From Callorhinchus milii (Eukaryota): DNA of 64,000 nt. The notes under the pieces are model-generated. The model was not told the DNA's origin. It saw nothing but the letters and a program-made list of their open reading frames with translations, and did not search any database. Made by a program: the position numbers and the translations under genes. Shown in pieces: positions 53,929 to 64,000 of this stretch. Location of the stretch: contig NW_024704743.1 of NCBI RefSeq assembly GCF_018977255.1, positions 32,986,001 to 33,050,000 on the forward strand. The letters run 5' to 3'. Numbering within the stretch: the first letter of the stretch is position 1; the number at the start of each line of letters is the position of its first letter.

Positions 53929-54859
53929 CTGTATAAAAGGGTTAAAAATCACACAAATAAGCCACTTACTAGGAACAATCAAAGTACAGCAACATTACTG
54001 CACCTGAAAGAACCCTACTGGCATTCCAGCTGTGCAGAGCAGATTCCAGTAGGGTCCTGTAAAATTATCACTCGCCACAACATGGATGAAAGTGGATTTG
54101 TTTTAAACCAGAAAATAAGACCCGATGTCTAGGATTCGCAAGTGTGGATCCATGTATACAGAGATAATTACAGTTGCCTTTGATTAGGTACTCATCCAGT
54201 GAAAGGGATTTAATAATTGTGTAATCAACCAAACCTTTTCATTAATTACATAATTAAAGGCATCTGTAATTCCTCTGTACATATGCACATGGTGCATAAT
54301 AGGCCCAATTTAGGGTTTCTAAATAATAAAAATAATAAATCACTAGTATAAATTACTACATAAAAATACCCCAAATATTACTGTCCCAAAAGTATGGCTG
54401 TCTGGGCTGTGAAATCGTGGCGCAGTCACACATTGTATAAAGTTTGGATCCTATCAGCACCAAAATTAGTTAAGCCAAAGCTCTAATAATAAGCCATTCT
54501 TATGGAGGTGCTAGACATTGACAGATTCACTAGCAAATCATTTAGAGAGAAACTTTATGGTTCTTGTCATGTTGTTTCCTATTTGTGAACTAAACAAAAG
54601 CTGGATTTCCTCCAATAGTTCATTGAATAAGTGCCCCAGGTGTCAAATCACCAACTAGTGATTATCCTGGGGGGGAGGAGGGAGGAGGTGAGTGGGGTCT
54701 CCTTGGAACTGAACAGACTCTCATCCAGCTCCTGTTAACTCTGATAGCCAAAGCCTTAATGAGTAGGGTGGTCCTAGCTGGACAAGCAACAGGAAGCTTG
54801 CCACATCTTAAATGTCCAATAAGTGGACTGAACATAAGAGACAAGCAATCTCTTCTCAC

Positions 54860-54941
54860 CATTGTCTGAAATATCCAGTTCTGAAATATTATGGACTTCA
54901 GCAATACAGCCTTCCAAAATCTGAGCCCCACCAGACCTTAG
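54860..54941 (-). CDS. CARMIL1: CARMIL1 exon (LRR): [27 protein letters not shown](G)
   Basis: tttgcag acceptor, gtgag donor, 82 nt, phase 0/1. Confidence 0.95.
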
Positions 54942-55879
54942 CTGCAAAGAAAACCACGTGGTTAGCTTTATTTTAAAATCCTTTCATTACCTAGACATTT
55001 TGATTGGTCTCTCCCCAACATTAATGGATAATTATTATAAAATTGTTTATGAAATGTATAAAATTCTTATAAAGTTCCTTTTTTCCACCTTGCTGACGTT
55101 TTTCCAGCACATTCCTTAATTTTCCCTAAATGAAGTGGATATTTGTGGACTGTTACTACAATTCCGAGATGCAATTCAGCTAATTTGGCTGAATGTCAGG
55201 AGATAATGTTTCGAAATGTTTTTGTTTGGCCTGTAGATAACGATGTTCAAGGCTACTGTGATTTCATAAAAGCAATTAAGTTGAGACGCTTAGTAAGGCA
55301 GAGAGGCCCAGGAAAGCATACATATTCATAGAGATGCATATAGTGGAAACACTGTACAAAGGATGCAGTGAAAAATAGTAGACGATCATCACTATGTAAA
55401 GTAAGTATCTGCACTCAGATGTGCATGGCGTTAAACTCTTTAAAAAAAACTAAGAAATAAAACAAGATGAACGCAGGAAGCTGCAATGGACATGGGGGAG
55501 AGGAGTGGAGAAGAGTGCTTTAATATACAGTATTTGAATAGAGTTTTACTAACAACCAATCAACACTAAACAGTGGGCAAAGTGAATGCACTCTTACATT
55601 AATGATGTTACTCGCAAATGTTAATTTCTTTCTCACAAATAAATGTTTCAGATGGTTTCACTCACCCCCACCCAACCCCTCAAAACTATATAACGATACA
55701 AGTTACTGCCATAAAGGACAGATGATTTTCAATCGTGAAGATTCAGAATTCTCATCACCACCGATTGATTACCAGCTCTCAACAAGACTTCAGATATACT
55801 AAATGCTAAAACTGTTTTTTCAAGAAAAAACTTACAAACCTGTCTAAAGTATATGCCTGGAACCTAGTTGAACAGGAAG

Positions 55880-55995
55880 TAATAATAGTAATAATCCTTG
55901 CATTTGATGTGGAATCTTATCACTTCTTCGAGACGTCTTAATGCGCTTCACAGAATATACTGTAAAGTGAATTGACTGTATATTTTGTTGGTGAA
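55880..55995 (-). mobile_element. 5'-truncated SINE
   Basis: Family consensus tail. Confidence 0.8.
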
Positions 55996-56709
55996 TTGCA
56001 GGAAGTATGCAAGTAATGGAGGATTTGATTATGTTCTTTAACATAACTTTGTTTCTTACTGACTTCCTACAAATGATCAATTCCTATTGACAAGAGACCC
56101 CTTTATCTGCAATTCATTAAACAAACACAGGGGAACTTAAATTGCAAAAAAAAAGTATTACGCAAAGATGTGAAATACTAAAAAGAAATCTTAAAAATAA
56201 ATTTGAAAACTTTTTTTTTAGCTTGTTCTAAATAAAGACATGTACATTTTCTTAATTTCACATGACAGTACTAATAAGCAGGGATATCTATTTGGAAGCT
56301 AGTAAACGATACTCATTAGTCAAAATGAGCAGTTCCAAGAATTGCTTTGGACAATTAAAATAACTTACATGTTGGAATAATTTCCAATGATGTTCTTCAT
56401 CAAATTCTCAATACAAAGTTTTGATACCCAAGAACATTATATTAAAACATGTACTTCAACAAAATTACACATATTACAGAAAGTTTCACATCAAGGGAAA
56501 AGATTAACGATTACACCCGATTCTTAAATCTTCTTTCAAGTGACACAGAGAAACTACAACATACAAAACACAATTAAACGCATGTCTGCAATTTTATCAT
56601 ACTGTATGAAATAGCCGTACCACATGTTTCTCAAGATAATATTGGTAGGCAGGCAGGAAGCCATTTTCTGGATCAAAAAGGTTAAAGGTAAGGCAGGGAG
56701 GGTACTTAC

Positions 56710-56721
56710 ACAGTGACCAAG
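56710..56721 (-). CDS. CARMIL1: CARMIL1 12-nt microexon, LGHC
   Basis: Minus strand reads ttcttttcctcccttctgctttccttag|CTTGGTCACTGT|gtaagt. It is phase 0/0, between ...SNCE and LRSGG... Confidence 0.88.
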
Positions 56722-57698
56722 CTAAGGAAAGCAGAAGGGAGGAAAAGAATGGCATACATCAGTGCAGAGCTGGAGGAGGCAATAGCATTACAAGCACAGT
56801 GAGCCCATACAGAGTTCAGCAGTCAGTCTGTATCACACCAGCACTTGAAAGTTGTTAAGAGAATGACAAAGCAAATCATGAAACGAGTCTGGGTAAATGC
56901 CTGCTTGGCAAAAGATTAGGGCTACACAAATATAAGGCAAGTACAGACTCACTAACATACAAAAACAAAGGGACTTTGTTGAAAAAAACATTCATTTTGT
57001 TCATAAATATATCTACAATCAGCACTGAATGTCTTGATTAAGATATCATGAAAGGCATTCATTCAATAACAGACTCTCATACTCCTGGATATCAAAAGTA
57101 CATTGGTCACACTTACACATTTAGAAGGTTATTGAGGTCTATGGTTAACCCCATCCAATAACTTCAGTTGAAGAACTAGCTAAAGGTTACCCAACATCTC
57201 TTGATGTTGTTTGCTGCCGAATCACCATGTGAACCAGTGCAGTCTCACCACGAAACTACTGCAAGAACGCAGGTTGTTAGCAGCTGCTAGAATCATAGAA
57301 TCTTACACCATAGATGGTCATTGTGCCTGCACCGGCTCTCAGAGCAAGGTATCCACTCAATCTTTCTGCCCTGCCCTAACTCCACAGCCCTTGAAGCATC
57401 TATTCTTCATTCTTCACATTACTTCCACATCCCAATAACTCTTGAGTGAAAAAAATTCACCTAAGCTCTTTCTTTGCTCTTCTTGGGATTTTTTACCCCT
57501 CGAGCCGGCTGACTGAGAAATAGAAGGCAATTTAAAAATAAAATGCTTCACGTGCAAGTGAGCTAATGTTTGCTAATCAACCACTTCAGAAATAATACAA
57601 GTCTCTGTTCCCTTAAACTGGACCATTAACTTTTTGGAGTCATTTTCTTCACTGCTTTTTGAGTTGAATTCATTCAAAAAGTAAAGTTTCTTTCTTAC

Positions 57699-57768
57699 CT
57701 CGCAGTTGCTGAGGTCTAGAGAAACATCCTTCAATTGAGGGTTACAAGCAAGGCCAAGTAAAAGTGCT
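57699..57768 (-). CDS. CARMIL1: CARMIL1 exon (LRR): [23 protein letters not shown]
   Basis: ccttgcag acceptor, gtaag donor, 70 nt, phase 2/0. Confidence 0.95.
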
Positions 57769-57879
57769 CTGCAAGGAGAGAATTATTCTTCAAACAAACA
57801 GCTTACATTTTATAAGCCTTTCAAGTGCAAGAACATCTCAAATCGCTACACAGAATTGAGATCCATTAGAAATTAACAA

Positions 57880-58110
57880 TAACAACTTGCATTTATATGG
57901 TGCTTCACACACAGAAATATGCCTTGGAGCACTTTACAACTTTATGGATGCCAAGCCCATGGTTGTGGTGGGGGGGGAGAAGAGGAGGGAAGAAGGTTAC
58001 CATGGGCATGGTCAAAGTGGTAGATTTTAAGGAGGGTCTTGAAAACACAGAGTGGGAGAGAGTTCCAGAGGTCGGGGCATAGAATAGGCATGGGTAGGCC
58101 AATGGATGCA
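57880..58110 (-). mobile_element. Degenerate L2 3' end
   Basis: LWNSLP...FKTLLKIYHFD motif and tail. Confidence 0.7.
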
Positions 58111-58876
58111 CAGCAAGCCCGAGTTAGCCGATTGGAGCGGTCAAGTGAAATGAACTGAATGTATGTAGGCAAGCAGCGTAGCTAATCTGCACCAACTCAT
58201 TGGAAAGAGAACTCCTAGTCATGTTGGAATGCTTTATTCATGCGCATTATTCCAATACTAACTCAGCAGTAAAATAGTCTCCCTGCTTTTGAGCATAATA
58301 TTGAACACCCTAACTGTGAGGCAGAAAGTCAAGGGGGATGACCTGATGCACTGTGGGGGGACACAATTAATTATTGCCCCCTGAAATAAATTCACAGCTT
58401 GGCAAGTTCCTGATAGAATGTTGACTAGGTTGTCAAATGGAGATAATGAGTAGAGACGGGGTGGGGGGGGGGGGCGGCGGCTGCTGTTGTTCCCCACACA
58501 GAGAGGGGAATGGGTTGTTGAAGGAAGATATCTCTTGGGTGAGATATTGGAGGGTAAGTGATGCTCATAGAATCATATTCCAATTGAAAATAAAACAAGA
58601 GTCATAAGTTTGCAAGAGAGATTCAGATAAAGAAGGCCCTTTAGCCTATTTGATCTCATCCTTCCCAAATACCCTTACTGTGCTCCCAGTTTTCCTGATG
58701 TTTGTCCTGAAATTGCTCTCTGTAACTCTAAATCTGGGATCTCTTGTTCTATTGTCTCTGCATTCCAGAAGAGAAGGAGGGTGAGGAAAACATAAGCTGA
58801 TCTGTACACGTTTAGAAGACAGAGACTCTGTATTGATGTAAGACCTGTTTGTCAACGAGAAGAAATAAATACTAAC

Positions 58877-58981
58877 TTGATTGCCTCTGGAGGGAGTTTG
58901 GTGCCAGACACATTGATGTGTCTTAAAGCCAGTGAACTGCTGAAAAACATTTTGAAGGATGGAGGAATTTCTTTCCCCTTC
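58877..58981 (-). CDS. CARMIL1: CARMIL1 exon (LRR): [34 protein letters not shown](K)
   Basis: ccacag acceptor, gttagt donor, 105 nt, phase 2/2. Confidence 0.95.
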
Positions 58982-59928
58982 CTGTGGTATTAAAGAAAAA
59001 AAAGAAATTCATGTTACTCATGATCTCACCTCAGGATTACTTATCCACCAAGTCTCAAAGTGTGGTGGCTGTATTTTCTTTTAGGACAGCCAAAAAGATC
59101 GATGTAGCACTGATTACCAACACATGAATGAATCTGCTTATGTAATACAATACAAATTACATTTGTAAAGCGCCTCGTCCCAAGGTGCTGATCTATTTAG
59201 ACCAACTCACATCAGACTAAAATCTTTAAGTACATCAATAAATTGAGCATACATTGATTATATTTTTCAGATTAAATGTGCAGGGCTAATGAGCTACAAC
59301 TAGATTACTGTCTTCAATCATGTTCAGATCTCATATCAATCATGACTGCACACTGCCCATAATTATTAGTGTTTTGTCCCTAAACAAGCAACAGAGCCCA
59401 ATATTGCAGTAGAGTTCATCTGCCAGAGAAGGCATGAATGAAGTGCTGCAAATAACTGTGCACTCAATGCAGGTTTGCTTTTCGTGTACTGTGGACGAGT
59501 GCTATACCAGAAGGGTAGTGCACTATTGTTGGTGGCTTGTACTAGAAATTGGCTACCAGTCAGCATCTCCAGAGTAGTCAGGTTGCCCCCTTGTCACTTC
59601 CTGTAAAGGTAGTGATATCGGCAACGCTTCCTGCACACAGCACCCAACAGCTGATGTCAGCAGTGAACTGATACACAGGAAGCACTGACCATCATTGGGT
59701 AGTTGTTAAACGCATCTCCTTACAATCTGGTATCTGAATTTATGGAGCCAAACCACTGTTATAATGGTGGTTGCCCTTGATCATGTGAATTGTTCAGTAC
59801 AGTGATTGACTCAAAGTCCCCCGCTACCAAATAAAATGTAAAAAAACAGCCTCTTAAAATCACCCGGGTTAATCACTAAAGGAACGTCCAGAATCAAAGA
59901 AGAATAACTGTGCACAGAACAAGTTTAC

Positions 59929-60005
59929 CTATGAGAAAAAATACTCTTGGATAGATGAAGAAGTGCCAGATGCTGACAACAGCCCCGCAGTAGTGCTCCA
60001 CAGAC
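59929..60005 (-). CDS. CARMIL1: CARMIL1 exon (LRR): [25 protein letters not shown](R)
   Basis: ttcag acceptor, gtaaac donor, 77 nt, phase 0/2. Confidence 0.95.
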
Positions 60006-60189
60006 CTGAATAATACACAAGGCAGTTCAGTCACAAACAAAATACACTCGTTTCTACAGTATGCGAATAGGAACTCTTCTATGTGCAAATGTAATGAGAA
60101 GTTACGCAATTCTATTGGAGGAAAGACATACTTTTATTGAAGCACTGTTAAGATGGGTATGAATCATTAGTTAGACCACAGTTCAGAAT

Positions 60190-60920
60190 GATTAAGATCC
60201 TCATTTTTACTTTCCACCATCTCAATGGCCTTGCCCAAACTTACTTCAGCAATTTCCGCCAACCATACTCCCCAGGCCACTCTTTCCTATCTGCCAAATA
60301 CTGGCCTGCCTCATACTTCTATCTGCTCTGCTCTCCATTGGGGGGCAAGCTTTCAGCCACTTTGCCCCTGCATCTAATTTTTCCGAAATTCCTCTGTCTG
60401 CCTCATCCGTACCTTATCAATGGTATAGCTTGATGTTGAGACAAGAGAAAGGGAAGGTGACCGTAGGTATGGTCCAAGAGGAAAATCCTCAGGAAATGTG
60501 AATACAGGCAAAGTGAAGGTAAGGTGGAGGGATTGAGGTAGAGAGTTCCAGAGGGTTGAGAAGCAGTGGCTGAAACCACTGCCACCGATGGTGGAGCGGA
60601 GGGGATGAGGGATATGCAGAAGTCAGTCCTAAGCTAGATGAATGAAGTGGGCAGATAAACTCGGGTGTGAGAAGGTCAGTGAATCCAGGCGATGAAGTGA
60701 TTTGTAGGTGAGTATGATGATCTTGAAATTGATCTGCTTTGTGATAGGGAGCCAGTGGAGGAGGGACTGAGGCAGGAAGTGGCTGAAAGCATGGAGTGGA
60801 GGGGTTGAGGGATGTGCAGAAGGCAGGAATTTGTTAAGCGAAGAGGGAGGTGTGAGCTTGTCGGAGAGGTAGGAAAGTGCCCGGGGATGAAGTGACTTAG
60901 AGGTCATTGTGAGGGTCACA
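60190..60920. mobile_element. Cluster of degenerate L2 fragments in both orientations
   Basis: IKILIFTFHHLNGLA on +; LHWLPITKQINFKIIILTYKSLH on -. Confidence 0.7.
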
Positions 60921-61549
60921 AGGAATCACAAAAAGGCCAATAGGCATAACAAATCCATCCCTTTTTGACCTATCACTCTTCTCACCATCTCTCTCAATCC
61001 ATTCTCGCCACAGAACAAAATTGTCCATTTAAATTCTTTCTCGTGTCTGGATCAAAATTATTGCTGCAAGTCCATTACACGTTTTGGAACAAAATATTCC
61101 ATTAAATTTTCTTTCCTAAATTATAGGTTGTGGTACCTGCTACCTGAAGCTTCTGCATAATCTTGAACACTTAAATCAGACCACCTCACAATGAACACAT
61201 TTCCTTCATTTTTTCTCATATTTGAAATTCTTGATGCCAAAAATTTTCTTACACTGGTTAGCCCTGGACCCTATCAAGGGCAATAATAAATATGCTTCCT
61301 AAAATGGAGTGACAAAACCAACATGCAGTATAATAATGGGGATAGGACTTTCAACAAGAAATCATCCCGTTATTTAAATGCCCCCTAAAAAACACTGGAG
61401 CTAGGTTTATGCTGTCAAACACTGTGGTTAAACATTACATTTATACTTAAACTGGGAAAGATTTTTTTTAAAGTGGTTCTTTGCTTTAATGGATCTTAAA
61501 ACATTGCATATTTACACTTTCACTATTTGAGAAAAGAAGGGAGTTTTTC

Positions 61550-61775
61550 TTTCCCCCCACTGTTCTGACCAACAGTCTTCCAAATAAAATTGGGCATTCA
61601 CTCCACGGCTGTTTGTGAATCATTGCTATGTGCAAATTGGATGCTGCACTTGCCTATGAATACAGTCACTATATTTCAGAGTAAAAATAAGCTCCTGTAA
61701 AGTGCTTGAAGATGTCTTGACAACACAATAAAGTATGACATTATATGCAAGGATTATTATTAGTATTATTATTAT
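61550..61775 (+). mobile_element. Older Deu-type SINE fragment
   Basis: cattgctatgtgcaaattggatgctgc...tgcaaggattatt. Confidence 0.65.
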
Positions 61776-62961
61776 TCCCTCTTCCATTAATTCAACTCCT
61801 ACCCAACAAAATTCCCCAATAACATGACTCACTTTCTAGCCACAAGTTGTAAACATGACAGTTGTGTTACATTCCACCTTGGAACACCATGCATATTAAT
61901 TATACTTGACTCTTTTCCCATAATTTTATTTCAATTAGCTTCTCTTCTACTTGATTAATGTTTGAGTTCAACCAACCTACAAATTGAGCTGTTCTAAGCA
62001 GTAAGAGGCTTTAAATTGCAGAATGCTCTCATTTATACTTCCTGTATAGTCAGATAGCAATTTTTCCCCAAATAAAATGTCCTTATGATAAAATACTGTA
62101 GTGTCAGCAATCACATACATTTAAAAGCTGTTGAATTATTAGCCTTTAGTGTCAGAGATCCACGGTTGCTACGTTTTGCAAAGTCAGCTTCAGTGTTGTA
62201 CATTAAAACTCTGGTTGATCAACCTCAATGGCTGAGTTGCTAAAACAAGTACAGCCAAATTGAGCTAACAGAAATTGGGACAGCTTCCAGATTCAATCAC
62301 CCAAGGGCAACAATGGGGTGGTGGGGGCAGTGCTTTGATTACAATTTCAGGCTGGGGAAGGGGCAGAGCAAAAACAGGCCCACATTCTGATCTGAATACA
62401 GGCCTATAGCGATCGTAATCCAGTGACTACTGTTGGAAAGTGCACATGGACTGTAGGTCAAGACACAAGTAAGCTCAGTTGTAATGCTCCCCACAATCAC
62501 ATAGACTGCCAGCACAAGTTGTTTAGGCTACTTAATTGTGGGGAGAAACACAACTGAGCTTGCTTCTGTCTTGACTCGGCCAGTGTGGTCCAAGGCCTGC
62601 AAAGTCTATCAAAAACAATCTCCCGTTCCTTCTAGTGATCACAATGATCACAATCCAGTGACTCCTGTTGGAAATATCCTCCGCCTTGCCCATCTTCAGA
62701 TCACACCAAAGACTTTCCTCTTTGACTCCCCATTCCCTCTCTCGGATTCAAGTTCCGCCAATGTTCTGTGCACTGAGATGCTACCCCGAATGAAGGGCCC
62801 TAAATAAATGCAAGTCAAAGTTTCACTTTTCCGGTGAAGTGGAGTGACTACTTGTAGCCAAATGCAGCATCCAATTTGTGCAGAAGTTTGTAAAATTCTT
62901 AAGCCAGTCTTAATGTGGAAAATTTCTAAGAACTGCTTTCAACTTCTTACAAAGAGTTCAG

Positions 62962-63471
62962 AATGCACAAGCTCCAGATCATCCAGAACCTCTCCCGTAC
63001 CAGGTTCAGGGACCCCATCAAGCCCACCCTCACCCAGCTCCACTGGCTCCCTGTCCCCCTGAAGTTAGAGTTGAAAATCCTTGTCCTTGCCTTCAAGGCC
63101 CTCCACGGCCTTGCTCCTCCCTGCCTCTGCGACCTACTGACCCTATATCAAACTGTCTACTCCCTCCGCTCAGCAGGCTCTGGCCTGCTCCACGTCCCCC
63201 GCCCGGCCCAACCCACCATTGGCGGTCAGGCCTTCAGTCTTTCTGCCTCCACCCTATGGCACTCCATCCCACATTCCCTTTGCCTCGCTCCCTTCCTTAC
63301 TACCTTCAAGACGCATTTCAAAACCATCCTCTTTGACCAAGCCTTTGGCCACCCTCCTACCCTCCCCGATCCTGATCCCCAGCTCGGGTCCAAATCCCTG
63401 ACTGTCTAGCGCCTTGGGACATCCTCCCAACATAAAAGGCGCTATACAAATGTAATTTTGTATTGTATTGT
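62962..63471 (+). mobile_element. L2 3' fragment
   Basis: ORF 62963..63409 with LHWLPV and GGQAFSLSA; L2 tail. Confidence 0.88.
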
Positions 63472-63747
63472 ACAACTGGTTTCCAATTGAAACTGAAGTT
63501 AAGAGTTTTTGCAAAATTTTGCACGTTACATTTTACACTCCAGACTTTTGGGGGACTTTGCAGGCTGCAAAATTCATACAAAGGAAAGTGCAATTAATGG
63601 AATGATGACAGTATGTAAATGAGATCCCATTGTGTTATATCATAACTTTGAAACTATCTATAGTGAAGTTTCAATTCTTTCACATGTAGCATAAGGTAAT
63701 TGAATTCAATCATAAATGTACTAATTAGATAAACATTGTGATCTTAC

Positions 63748-63825
63748 CATATCTAACGCACAGTCTGTGTTTGATAGATCAAGATGAATAAGGGTGTTTG
63801 GCTGAGCCAGAAAATTGTACAGGTT
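63748..63825 (-). CDS. CARMIL1: CARMIL1 exon (LRR): [26 protein letters not shown]
   Basis: tttttcacag acceptor, gtaag donor, 78 nt, phase 0/0. Confidence 0.95.
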
Positions 63826-64000
63826 CTGTGAAAAAATAAATTTTAAAAATGTTGAGAACAAAACAGCATCCGGCACTGTTGATCTGTAAACACAAATGGC
63901 ATTACCTTTCTATTCTGGTAATGCATGTTATTTTGATAACATTGCAAAACAAGTGCCGATCCACATTAAAATGATTGCACCCACAATCACCTTGATCTTT

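Overview
Eukaryotic, intron-rich vertebrate DNA. The repeat content (tRNA-head/Deu-type SINEs, L2 and CR1 LINEs, a Penelope-type inverted repeat) suggests a cartilaginous fish; that assignment is inference. The whole window is the internal part of one minus-strand gene, CARMIL1 (LRRC16A). I read 17 coding exons between 63825 and 831. All have AG/GT borders with consistent phases and join into a 1689-nt (563-aa) open frame covering the later LRRs, C-cap, helical dimerisation domain and the start of the tail. The start and stop codons lie outside the window. Almost all listed ORFs are noise or LINE fragments. Best leads: (1) a candidate internal TATA+Inr promoter and alternative first exon (28012-28269) in the 18-kb intron, which splices in frame and predicts a CARMIL1 lacking the PH and LRR domains; (2) a 12-nt LGHC microexon with an SRRM4-type UGC motif; (3) a Penelope-type inverted repeat with hammerhead ribozyme cores; (4) a SINE/L2 shared 3' stem-loop with compensatory changes, plus nested insertions and local duplications. 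Repeat boundaries are approximate because they were read by eye.
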